A stretch of 64,000 nucleotides of DNA from Candidatus Uhrbacteria bacterium. GTDB lineage: Bacteria > Patescibacteriota > Patescibacteriia > JACQRZ01. Of the stretch, positions 9,732-17,308 are shown piece after piece. How positions within the stretch are numbered: the stretch's first letter is position 1; each line of letters begins with the position of its first letter. Below the pieces are notes generated by a model. That model ran no database searches and was not told the DNA's origin. It saw nothing but the letters and a program-made list of their open reading frames with translations. The stretch is from assembly GCA_016206155.1 (NCBI GenBank), contig JACQSC010000010.1, forward strand, positions 8,073-72,072. Reading direction: 5' to 3'. The position numbers and the translations under genes were made by a program.

Positions 9732-9926
9732 TTATCGCTTTTCAATCGGCGAAATTCCGAGATCCTTACAAATTTTCTTCCCAAGAAATGTGTCTATTTC
9801 ATTATGTCGTGGAACTGTACTCGCTCTTTTATACATAGGATTATAGAACACGCTATGATTCGATCCCTCCCGAATAAATACTATTCCGTGTTGCAATAAA
9901 TATTCAATGAGATCTTTTCTCTTCAT
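9732..9926 (-). CDS. hicA: Type II toxin HicA (mRNA interferase)
   Basis: MKRKDLIEYLLQHGIVFIREGSNHSVFYNP...TVPRHNEI matches the HicA/YcfA pattern. Confidence 0.75.
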   Translation of the reverse strand: MKRKDLIEYLLQHGIVFIREGSNHSVFYNPMYKRASTVPRHNEIDTFLGKKICKDLGISPIEKR

Positions 9927-9937
9927 CTTCGCTCTCG

Positions 9938-10162
9938 CTATCTTGAAGAAACCGTCATCGGTTCACGAACTACCCTTCCGATGATCTCTTTTTCAATAAC
10001 TGCTTTGTTTACTTCCAAAATAAGCAGAAGTGCTTCCCGTAAATTCTCTTTCACTTCCTTGCGTGTTCTTCCTTGAGTATTTACGCCGGGAATTTCTTCA
10101 ACCCAGCCGAGATACCATTTGCCGCGTTTTTTATATACGGCGGTGAAAATTTGTTTTTTCAT
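9938..10162 (-). CDS. hicB: Type II antitoxin HicB
   Basis: 74-aa HicB/UPF0150-like protein immediately upstream of hicA. Confidence 0.7.
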   Translation of the reverse strand: MKKQIFTAVYKKRGKWYLGWVEEIPGVNTQGRTRKEVKENLREALLLILEVNKAVIEKEIIGRVVREPMTVSSR

Positions 10163-10246
10163 AATAGTGACTCATTTTTATACCCTGATTATTACACACT
10201 GCTTCAAAACTGTCCAGAACAAAACAAGAAGCAGTTCTGTTGCTCT

Positions 10247-10277
10247 CCAGCAACAAAAAACTTCTCTTTCGAGAAGT
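10247..10277 (-). terminator. Intrinsic terminator downstream of tRNA-fMet
   Basis: Minus strand aacttctc-gaaa-gagaagtt followed by ttttgttg. Confidence 0.55.
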
Positions 10278-10282
10278 TCTTT

Positions 10283-10356
10283 GTTGCGGGGGCGGGATTT
10301 GAACCCGCGATCTCCTGGTTATGAGCCAGGCGAGATGCCGGACTTCTCCACCCCGC
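10283..10356 (-). tRNA. Initiator tRNA-fMet (anticodon CAT)
   Basis: Acceptor CGCGGGG/CCCCGCA with the C1xA72 mismatch typical of bacterial initiators. Anticodon loop CTCATAA. T-arm GCGGG-TTCAAAT-CCCGC. Confidence 0.8.
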
Positions 10357-10384
10357 GCAAGGAGGATACCACGGTTCCTTTATT

Positions 10385-10413
10385 TTGACAAATCACGATT
10401 TTTATGCTATAAT
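10385..10413 (+). promoter_or_regulatory. Perfect consensus TTGACA-17-TATAAT on the top strand (target unclear)
   Basis: ttgaca aatcacgatttttatgc tataat, with a second tataat 3 nt later. It points into the antisense of the antiporter gene. On the minus strand TTGTCA-17-TATCCT could drive tRNA-fMet. Confidence 0.35.
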
Positions 10414-10466
10414 TGCTATAATTAGCTCTGTTTTCGGGGATCTTCCGCGGAGATAACCTGTAACCC

Positions 10467-11471
10467 CTAGAAGGCATTGAACAATCGACCCACGAACAGA
10501 ACATAAAGGGCGAGGAAAAATCCCCCCTCCCAGAGATGCAGGCGACGAGAAATGCCTGAGATGATAAAAAGAAGCGTTGCCCCGGCCATGACCGGCACGC
10601 CTATTGCAAACGTTTGCGCGTCAACAGGAAGGGGTGAGAACAAGGCTGGCAATCCCACAACAACCAAGGCATTAAAAACATTTGATCCAAAGATGTTGCC
10701 AAGCGCCACCTCTGATTGCTTGCGCAACGCGGCGCGTGCCGACACCAAAAGCTCCGGCAATGACGTACCGACAGCGACTGCGGTGATCGCAATTATTCCC
10801 GGAGCGATATCAAGAAGCGCGGAGAGTGTAATAACCGATTCGATAAGGTACTTTGCGCCGATCGCAAGTCCGACAGCGCTGAGAAGCAAAACCAATAGAT
10901 CGACCGTGCGTATCTTTTGACGATTCTGAACAGGCGCTTCTTCGGTTGCAAGCGGCTGAGGCACTTTTCCCTTAAGGCGCATGATAACGCGCTCCATAAA
11001 GGTATCACTTCGCTCCTCCGTATGAAGAATGGAGTAGGCGAGATAGATGCCGTAGGTGAGAAGAAGAATGATCCCTTCTACAAAACTCACCCGCCCATCC
11101 CACACAACGACAAGAAGCAGTGACGTGCTTAACGCAAGCAGTGGCAAGTCGAGGTCAATGAGCTCCTTCGTAACAACCAGAACGCCGGCCACGATCGATG
11201 AGAAGCCAAGGATCAATAGAATGTTTGCGATATTGGACCCAACGGCATTTGCAACAACGACATCCGTCGCCCCCTGGAATACCGCCGAAAGGGACGAGAT
11301 CAGTTCCGGGAAGGATGTTCCAACCCCAACGATCAGTGCGCCGACAATAAATGGCGTGAGTCCCAGCGCAAGGCCAATCTTTTCAGCGCGTGTCAACAAA
11401 AGATCGGAGCTTTTGATCAAAAGCGCGAGAGAGATGCAAAAAATAACGATCCAAAAAATAAGTTGGGGCAT
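10467..11471 (-). CDS. Ca2+/Na+ antiporter (CaCA family, YrbG-like)
   Basis: Two alpha-repeats, GTSFPELISS / GTSLPELLVSA and GSNIANILLILG / GSNVFNALVVVG. The ORF track extends into tRNA-Leu; the start was reset to MPQLIFW. Confidence 0.8.
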   Translation of the reverse strand: MPQLIFWIVIFCISLALLIKSSDLLLTRAEKIGLALGLTPFIVGALIVGVGTSFPELISSLSAVFQGATDVVVANAVGSNIANILLILGFSSIVAGVLVVTKELIDLDLPLLALSTSLLLVVVWDGRVSFVEGIILLLTYGIYLAYSILHTEERSDTFMERVIMRLKGKVPQPLATEEAPVQNRQKIRTVDLLVLLLSAVGLAIGAKYLIESVITLSALLDIAPGIIAITAVAVGTSLPELLVSARAALRKQSEVALGNIFGSNVFNALVVVGLPALFSPLPVDAQTFAIGVPVMAGATLLFIISGISRRLHLWEGGFFLALYVLFVGRLFNAF

Positions 11472-11479
11472 ATATAATT

Positions 11480-11561
11480 TGCCGCGGGTGGGAATCGAAC
11501 CCACATGAGTTACCTCACACGATTTTGAGTCGTGCGCGTCTGCCAGTTCCGCCACCGCGGC
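11480..11561 (-). tRNA. tRNA-Leu (anticodon CAA)
   Basis: Long variable arm; anticodon stem-loop CACGA-CTCAAAA-TCGTG; T-arm GTGGG-TTCGATT-CCCAC. A TATACT -10 lies about 13 nt upstream. Confidence 0.8.
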
Positions 11562-11593
11562 GTACATGAAACCAGTATATCAAAACATCTTTG

Positions 11594-11623
11594 TTGGTCA
11601 ATTGATTGCTTGTGTGCTATACT
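11594..11623 (+). promoter_or_regulatory. Extended -10 promoter (TGcTATACT) for the SIMPL gene
   Basis: ttggtc, an 18-nt spacer, then tgcTATACT. The divergent tRNA-Leu promoter (agtata at 11574-11579) sits in the same intergenic region. Confidence 0.5.
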
Positions 11624-11664
11624 GACGTTATAAAAATTAATACTGGCTTCACAAAAAGCATACT

Positions 11665-12468
11665 ATGCCAAAACTCAACGTTCTGCAGTCTCGACAGCCA
11701 TGGTGGCGCGGGGAAGAAATACATATGCTCGCGGTGCTTGTTCTCTCCGCCCTCTTCTTTTACTTCGGGGCGCTTGCGATCCTCACCCTCAAAGAGGCCG
11801 ATCGCGTTGGAAAAGCGGAGGTTTTCCGTGACACGATCTCGATCAGTGGCAAGGGCGTTGTAACAGTAACGCCCGATACCGCCGTCCTGCTCGCGGGGCT
11901 TGAGACAACGGCGCCAACCGTTGCCGCCGCGCAAAAGGAAAATACCGAGAAGATGAATGCCTTTCTTGCCCGAGCGCGCGCGCTTGGCATTACTGACGCC
12001 GACCGAAAAATAACACGGTACAGCATCTACCCAACGTATGAATACCGGGAGGAGAACGACGAAGAAAAACAAGTGAAAGTTGGCGATACTGTTATGCAGG
12101 AAGTACAGCTCAAAGTCCGCGACCGCCAAAGCCTCGGATCGCTTATGGCTGCCCTTGGCGAATTCAGTCTGAATCAGGTCGGGTCGTTGTCATTCATCCT
12201 GGATGACGAAGAACTCGTAAAGAAGCAGGCTCTAGCAGAGGCGATCAGAGACGCGCGGCGCAAAGCAGAAATTATCGCAACAACGGCGGGAGTGAAGATG
12301 GGAGCAATCGTTTCCTTGTATGAAAACGAGAGCCCCTCATTCTATCCCGAACCTTTTACGGGAGGAGAAGCCATGATGGGGGCGGAAGATGCGGAGATGG
12401 TCCCCGAGCCGCAAGTCGGAACCCAGGACGTTACCGCAAGCGTCACCATCATGGTCGAGTTGAAGTAG
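11665..12468 (+). CDS. SIMPL / DUF541 (YggE-like) periplasmic protein
   Basis: DUF541-like fold pattern. The alternative start MLAVLVLSAL at 11725 gives a cleaner signal peptide. Confidence 0.7.
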   Translation: MPKLNVLQSRQPWWRGEEIHMLAVLVLSALFFYFGALAILTLKEADRVGKAEVFRDTISISGKGVVTVTPDTAVLLAGLETTAPTVAAAQKENTEKMNAFLARARALGITDADRKITRYSIYPTYEYREENDEEKQVKVGDTVMQEVQLKVRDRQSLGSLMAALGEFSLNQVGSLSFILDDEELVKKQALAEAIRDARRKAEIIATTAGVKMGAIVSLYENESPSFYPEPFTGGEAMMGAEDAEMVPEPQVGTQDVTASVTIMVELK

Positions 12469-12470
12469 TT

Positions 12471-14051
12471 ATGAAAAGGCCGCTGGTACTCATTGTCATG
12501 GATGGCTATGGGCTTTCCCCCATCCAAGAAAAAAATCCTGTCAGCGTGGCAAAAAAACCGGTGCTTGACAGTCTGATGCTCCATTATCCATTCGGCGCAT
12601 TGGACGCGTCAGGCATCGCCGTTGGATTGCCATGGGGCGAAGTTGGTAACTCCGAGGTCGGACATCTCAACCTTGGCGCGGGTCTTGTCCTGTATCAGAA
12701 CCTGCCCCGCATCAACATTTCGATTGAAAATGGAAGCCTCTTTAGCAATGACGCATTTGTAAAGGCCGCAGAACATGCAAGGAAAAATAACTCACGCGTG
12801 CATCTCATGGGTCTTGCGAGCAAGGGAGGCGTCCATGGCCATATCGAACATCTCAAAGCATTGTTGAAACTCTGCAAAGAGCAAAAAGTAAAAGAGGTTT
12901 TTGTGCACGCAATTACCGACGGTCGCGATGCCGCGCCTCAGGCGGCCGCCGATGAGCTCAAGGGTCTGCAAAAAGAGATGAAAAAGCTCCGCATCGGCAC
13001 CCTCGCCACACTCTGCGGACGATACTATGCGATGGATCGCAACAGCGCATGGGATCGCACGCAAAAATACTATGATCTCCTCACGAAAGGCGCAGGAGCG
13101 CAGGAGCGCGATCCTATCAAAGCTCTCCAAAAGGCATACGATGCAAAATCTGATGACGAGCTCCTTGACCCGGTTGTTCTGTGCGACCGAAAAGGCGCAC
13201 CCCTCGCAACGGTTCAAGACAATGACGCCGTTTTATTCTTTAACTTCCGCCCGGATCGCGCGCGGCAAATTACCAAAGCCTTTGTCCAGAAAAAATTCGA
13301 CGGCTTCCAGCGCACCGTACATCCCGCCAATCTCTTTTTTGCCACAATGACAGAATATGAGGCCGGACTTCCTAGCGCAGTTGCCTTCCCGCCGGAGAAC
13401 ATCAAACATCCGTTCGGTTGGATTGTCGCAAAGCATAAGCTAAAACAGCTTCGCATCGCCGAAACGGAAAAATACGCGCACGTCACCTATTTTTTCAATG
13501 GCGGCAGTGAGGAAATCTATGACGGTGAAGATCGTATTCTTGTTCCATCGCCAAAGGTGCGCACCTTTGATGAAAAGCCCGAGATGAGCGCGCGTGAAGT
13601 CACGGAAAAGTTGGTTGCGGAAATCAAAAAAAAGAAGTATGACTTTTGTCTTGTTAATTTTGCAAACCCCGATATGGTTGGACATACGGGCAATTTTGAC
13701 GCGACAGTCAAAGCGGTTGAAACAACAGACGCGTGCATTGGCGCCATAGTCGAGGCAAACAGAGCGGTCGGGGGCGTCACCGCAATTACCGCCGACCATG
13801 GCAATGCTGAGGGCGTTGTTGACTTTATTACCAAAAAAACCGAAAAAGAACACTCAACCACTGTTGTCCCCTTCTTCCTTGTCGACGAAGAACAACGCAA
13901 GGATAGAAGCGAGGAAGAAAAACAGCTCCTCAAAGTGCAGTACAATCCCATCGGTATCTTAGCTGACGTCGCGCCAACCCTTCTTGAGATCATCGATCTC
14001 AAACCTGAACCCGAAATGACCGGAAGAAGCCTTTTGCGCGATTTGATGTAG
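12471..14051 (+). CDS. gpmI: 2,3-bisphosphoglycerate-independent phosphoglycerate mutase
   Basis: MKRPLVLIVMDGYGLS and the iPGM metal-binding pattern over the full length. Confidence 0.9.
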   Translation: MKRPLVLIVMDGYGLSPIQEKNPVSVAKKPVLDSLMLHYPFGALDASGIAVGLPWGEVGNSEVGHLNLGAGLVLYQNLPRINISIENGSLFSNDAFVKAAEHARKNNSRVHLMGLASKGGVHGHIEHLKALLKLCKEQKVKEVFVHAITDGRDAAPQAAADELKGLQKEMKKLRIGTLATLCGRYYAMDRNSAWDRTQKYYDLLTKGAGAQERDPIKALQKAYDAKSDDELLDPVVLCDRKGAPLATVQDNDAVLFFNFRPDRARQITKAFVQKKFDGFQRTVHPANLFFATMTEYEAGLPSAVAFPPENIKHPFGWIVAKHKLKQLRIAETEKYAHVTYFFNGGSEEIYDGEDRILVPSPKVRTFDEKPEMSAREVTEKLVAEIKKKKYDFCLVNFANPDMVGHTGNFDATVKAVETTDACIGAIVEANRAVGGVTAITADHGNAEGVVDFITKKTEKEHSTTVVPFFLVDEEQRKDRSEEEKQLLKVQYNPIGILADVAPTLLEIIDLKPEPEMTGRSLLRDLM

Positions 14052-14180
14052 TTTTCCACTTGACACAAAATTGCGTATGTGCCATGATAACCGTGAAGTC
14101 AACCACGAGATTACGATCATGCGATCGTTTCGAACCCCAAGCAAGAAAATCCCGGCGCATTTAGTTCGGGGTTTTCTTTT

Positions 14181-14192
14181 TTGTGGTATACT
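14181..14192 (+). promoter_or_regulatory. Extended -10 (TGgTATACT) upstream of the tRNA-like gene
   Basis: ttgtggtatact lies about 8 nt before GGAGTCA. Confidence 0.45.
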
Positions 14193-14200
14193 GTGCCCGT

Positions 14201-14278
14201 GGAGTCATGGGGCCACCGCAAGGTGCGGATCTCGTGGTTGACGCTCGAGAATTGGGGGTTCGATTCCCCTTGGCTCCA
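14201..14278 (+). tRNA. tRNA-like gene with a canonical acceptor stem and T-arm but an aberrant D/anticodon region (type unresolved)
   Basis: GGAGTCA...TGGCTCC-A acceptor pairing and GGGGG-TTCGATT-CCCCT T-arm. The internal stem TCTCG/CGAGA encloses an 11-nt loop (TGGTTGACGCT). An alternative acceptor register GGGGCCA is possible. Confidence 0.4.
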
Positions 14279-14303
14279 CAACAAATAATCATAGGGGGTT
14301 CTT

Positions 14304-14999
14304 ATGAGCCATCGACCGCAATCTAAACTCAATCCAAAAAAATCCTATCTTCAGATTGCGCTGAACAGCACGCTTGATGATGCGCGGGCAATCATCAACA
14401 ATCTGCCGAAAAGCGACCGCATTCTCATCGAAGCTGGCACGCCGCTCATCAAGCAATATGGGGCTGTGGGAATCAGAACAATACGTGATGCCGCGCGCAA
14501 TCGATTCTTCGGCGTAGTTGCAAATCCCTATATTGTCGCAGACCTCAAAACAATGGATCGGGGCGAGACAGAAGTGATCATGGCAAAAAATGCGGGCGCG
14601 AGTGCCGCGGTCGCGCTTGGATGTGCTCCCGTTGAGACATTGAATGCCTTTATCGCCGCGTGTGACCGCCATGGAATCGACCCGATGATCGACATGATGA
14701 ATGTCGAGTTCCCTCTCGCTATCCTGCGCGCTTTAAAAAAAATTCCCCCCGTCGTGATCGTCCATCGTGGCGTTGACGAAGAGCGGTTCAACAAAGAAAA
14801 ACAAATCCCCCTGCACGAGATTCGCCGCATCAAGGGAAATTATAACATCATGATTTCAATCGCGGGGGGCGACACGATCCGCGAGGTGCAGCGTTCAATA
14901 TTCAATGACGTCGATATCGTTGTCGTTTGGAAATCGGTGTATCAAAAAACATCCGAAACGGTCACACTGATTGAAGAGTTTCTAAAGAATATTAAGTAG
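14304..14999 (+). CDS. OMP-decarboxylase-fold protein, probably 3-hexulose-6-phosphate synthase-like (HPS/KGPDC family)
   Basis: LQIALNSTLDDA...IEAGTPLIKQYG...ADLKTMDRG pattern; SD GGGGG about 7 nt upstream. Confidence 0.6.
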   Translation: MSHRPQSKLNPKKSYLQIALNSTLDDARAIINNLPKSDRILIEAGTPLIKQYGAVGIRTIRDAARNRFFGVVANPYIVADLKTMDRGETEVIMAKNAGASAAVALGCAPVETLNAFIAACDRHGIDPMIDMMNVEFPLAILRALKKIPPVVIVHRGVDEERFNKEKQIPLHEIRRIKGNYNIMISIAGGDTIREVQRSIFNDVDIVVVWKSVYQKTSETVTLIEEFLKNIK

Positions 15000-15005
15000 G
15001 GTCTA

Positions 15006-15056
15006 CCATCCCGGCCGGAGTTTATCCCAAGTACCCACGAGGGGCCGGGATGACAG
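15006..15056. repeat. Palindromic element A, full copy: CCATCCCGGCCGGAGTTTATCCCAAGTACCCACGAGGGGCCGGGATGACAG
   Basis: Terminal inverted repeat catcccggcc/ggccgggatg, between the convergent HPS-like and SPFH genes. About 90% identical to an inverted copy at 62742-62795. Confidence 0.75.
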
Positions 15057-15064
15057 TTTTCTCG

Positions 15065-15937
15065 TTATTTTGTCTTGCCTTTGAAAAATTCTGACATCGC
15101 CTTGACGCCCTCGAAGAACTCTACCGGAAGGGCAAAAATAACGGTCTTTGAGGGGTCGGGGTTGATTTTTTCAATCGTTTGCAGCGTGCGTATGGCAATG
15201 CCGCCCGGCGAAGAGGCAAGTACGGTCGCAGCCTGAGCAAGCTTCTCCGATGCGGTATATTCACCATCAGCTCGAATAATAACAGCGCGTCGCTCCCGCT
15301 CCGACTCAGCCTGTTTTGCCATAATCCGCTTCATGTCTGCGGGCAGTTCAATGTCCTGAATTTTGACATCCGTCACGTTAATCCCCCATGCTTTCGTCGC
15401 CTCGTCAACGATCTTTTTAATTTCTTGCGCAATTTGTTGACGATCAGAGAGGAGCGGGTCAAGCTCGATACCGCCAATCACATCGCGGAGCGCGGCTTGA
15501 GCGTATTGTGCAACCGCCACGGTATAGTTCTGAATATTAAGGATTGCTTTTTCCGCGGTTTCGACGTGGAAATAAACAACAGCATTGATGCCAACCGGCA
15601 CGTTGTCCTTGGTAATCACTTCCTGTTGGGGAATATCGATCGTTCGAATACGAAGGTCGACTTTAATAAGCCGCTGAAACCCGACCAGAATCCAGCGAAG
15701 CCCTGGTTCCTTGGTCGATGAATACTTCCCGAGCGTGAGCACCACCGCCCGTTCATATTGATCGATCACGCGCAACCCAACGAGAAGATAAAGCAGCACA
15801 ATGCCGGCACAAAGCAGAACAAAAAGAACAACGCCGCCGGGTCCGAGAGTAAAAAGATAGAATGACGCTATACCAACGACGACGATCAGCGATATCAATC
15901 CAGATATCGGATTTGATGATTGGCTCTCCATAGGCAT
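15065..15937 (-). CDS. SPFH/band-7 (stomatin/prohibitin-like) membrane protein
   Basis: N-terminal TMs followed by the IKVDLRIRTIDIPQQEVITKDNVPVGINAVVYFHV SPFH core. Confidence 0.8.
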   Translation of the reverse strand: MPMESQSSNPISGLISLIVVVGIASFYLFTLGPGGVVLFVLLCAGIVLLYLLVGLRVIDQYERAVVLTLGKYSSTKEPGLRWILVGFQRLIKVDLRIRTIDIPQQEVITKDNVPVGINAVVYFHVETAEKAILNIQNYTVAVAQYAQAALRDVIGGIELDPLLSDRQQIAQEIKKIVDEATKAWGINVTDVKIQDIELPADMKRIMAKQAESERERRAVIIRADGEYTASEKLAQAATVLASSPGGIAIRTLQTIEKINPDPSKTVIFALPVEFFEGVKAMSEFFKGKTK

Positions 15938-15949
15938 GGGAATTTATGA

Positions 15950-17224
15950 TTAAATCCTGAGAAGCGGCGCGAATGTTTTTGCGTCCTTATACGGCCCGAT
16001 AACCGCGAGGTTAATGTTCTTTGTGACAAAAAGCTCTGCCGCAACTCGTTGAATATCCTCGGCCGTAATCGCATATAGTTTCTTGAGCTTTTCATCCGGT
16101 GAAAGCAATTTTTTTGTAAAGTGTTCCTGGCCTACATACCATGATACCACATTTTCGGAGTCTTCCCAAGAAAGCGCAAGGCGGCCCTTGACGTTGTCTT
16201 TTGCGCGTTTGAGTTCTGCGGCGCCCACACCCTTATCCCTGACGCGTGTAAGTTCTGCGAGAATTGCCCTAAGCGCTTCGGGAGCGCGAGACTTCTCAAG
16301 ACCCGACTGGATATAAAAAATACCAGCATCCTGGAAGCTCTCGTGCCCCGCGCGAATGGAATAGCAAAGACCTCTGCGCTCACGGATGGCGATATGGAGC
16401 CGCGAGCTCATCGTCCCGCCAAGAATCGCTCCGAGCAATGCGGCTGTTTGCGCCCGCCGATCAGTATAGGCATACCCATGAAAGCCAAAATCAACCTGAA
16501 CCTGCTCTGTATCTTTATAATGAAGGTGGACACGGGGACCTTTGTGCGTCGGCCGTCGATACGGCTTATAGATATTTGCCCGTGCACCCCCCTCCCACGG
16601 CGTGCCAAAATAGTGAGCAACGCGTTCGCGCGCATGATCCACGTCGATATTTCCCGCTATGCCGACAATCAAGTTTTTGCCATGGTAATGGCTGTTGCGA
16701 AACCGCACTAAATCCTCGCGCGTGAGGGAGTGAATCACCTGGTCAGAACCGCCAATATCCCATCCAAGAGGTGAGGGGGAGAACATGAACTCCTCAAGCA
16801 GATCGTAAATATAAATGATTGGGTTGTCGCGATGCATGTGTTGCTCTTCACAGATCACTGATTTTTCTCGCTCAACCTCTTTTGCCTCAAACTTCGAATG
16901 ATAAAGCATGTCCGATACGATATCGAGAGCAAGATCAAGCTTGTCCGCGCTGATTTTCACCCAGTAGCCGGTCACTTCTTTTGAGGTAAAGGCGTTATAC
17001 AACGCGCCAACCGCGTCGAGCTCCTTTGACAGCGCAAGTGTCGAGGGACGACGCTTGGTGCCTTTAAACATCATGTGCTCAATGAAGTGGGAAATGCCGT
17101 TAATGCGCTTCTCCTCATAGCGCGAGCCAACGCCAAACCACACCTCGACAGTGACGCTTTTCGTGCTTGGCACGGGGGCGAGAATCACGCGGACGTTATT
17201 ATTCAATGTTGCCTTGTGAACCAT
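15950..17224 (-). CDS. M16-family zinc peptidase (insulinase-like)
   Basis: HFIEHMMFKGT inverted zincin HxxEH motif; two-domain M16 architecture. Confidence 0.85.
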   Translation of the reverse strand: MVHKATLNNNVRVILAPVPSTKSVTVEVWFGVGSRYEEKRINGISHFIEHMMFKGTKRRPSTLALSKELDAVGALYNAFTSKEVTGYWVKISADKLDLALDIVSDMLYHSKFEAKEVEREKSVICEEQHMHRDNPIIYIYDLLEEFMFSPSPLGWDIGGSDQVIHSLTREDLVRFRNSHYHGKNLIVGIAGNIDVDHARERVAHYFGTPWEGGARANIYKPYRRPTHKGPRVHLHYKDTEQVQVDFGFHGYAYTDRRAQTAALLGAILGGTMSSRLHIAIRERRGLCYSIRAGHESFQDAGIFYIQSGLEKSRAPEALRAILAELTRVRDKGVGAAELKRAKDNVKGRLALSWEDSENVVSWYVGQEHFTKKLLSPDEKLKKLYAITAEDIQRVAAELFVTKNINLAVIGPYKDAKTFAPLLRI

Positions 17225-17262
17225 ACACTTGAATCAGGAATTATGAATCAGGAATCATGGGG
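17225..17262 (-). repeat. Heptamer leader (ATTCCTG/ATTCATA units) 5' of the M16 peptidase start
   Basis: Top gaatcaggaattatgaatcaggaatcatgg. On the minus strand (ATTCCTG)(ATTCATA)(ATTCCTG)(ATTCAAG)TGT-ATG. Confidence 0.65.
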
Positions 17263-17308
17263 GGTTATTCCAATAATTCATGACTCCTTATTCCTTATTC
17301 GCCGTTGT

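Noticed and set aside
10073-10388. ORFs 10073-10324 (+) and 10119-10388 (+) and 10319-10504 (-)
   Set aside because: They overlap the initiator tRNA and its flanks (the translations contain the typical tRNA-antisense peptides). No coding signal; treated as spurious.
11472-11567. N-terminal 32 codons of track ORF 10467-11567
   Set aside because: This part is the translation of tRNA-Leu (MYAAVAELADAHDSKSCEVTHVGSIPTRGK). The antiporter start was moved to MPQLIFW at about 11471.
14052-14180. Intrinsic terminator after gpmI
   Set aside because: Only weak 4-6-bp stems (aacccc/ggggtt) precede the T-run. Not convincing enough to annotate.
14117-14332. ORF 14117-14332 (-), 71 aa
   Set aside because: Antisense translation of the tRNA-like gene (GESNPQFSSVNHEI...). 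Spurious.
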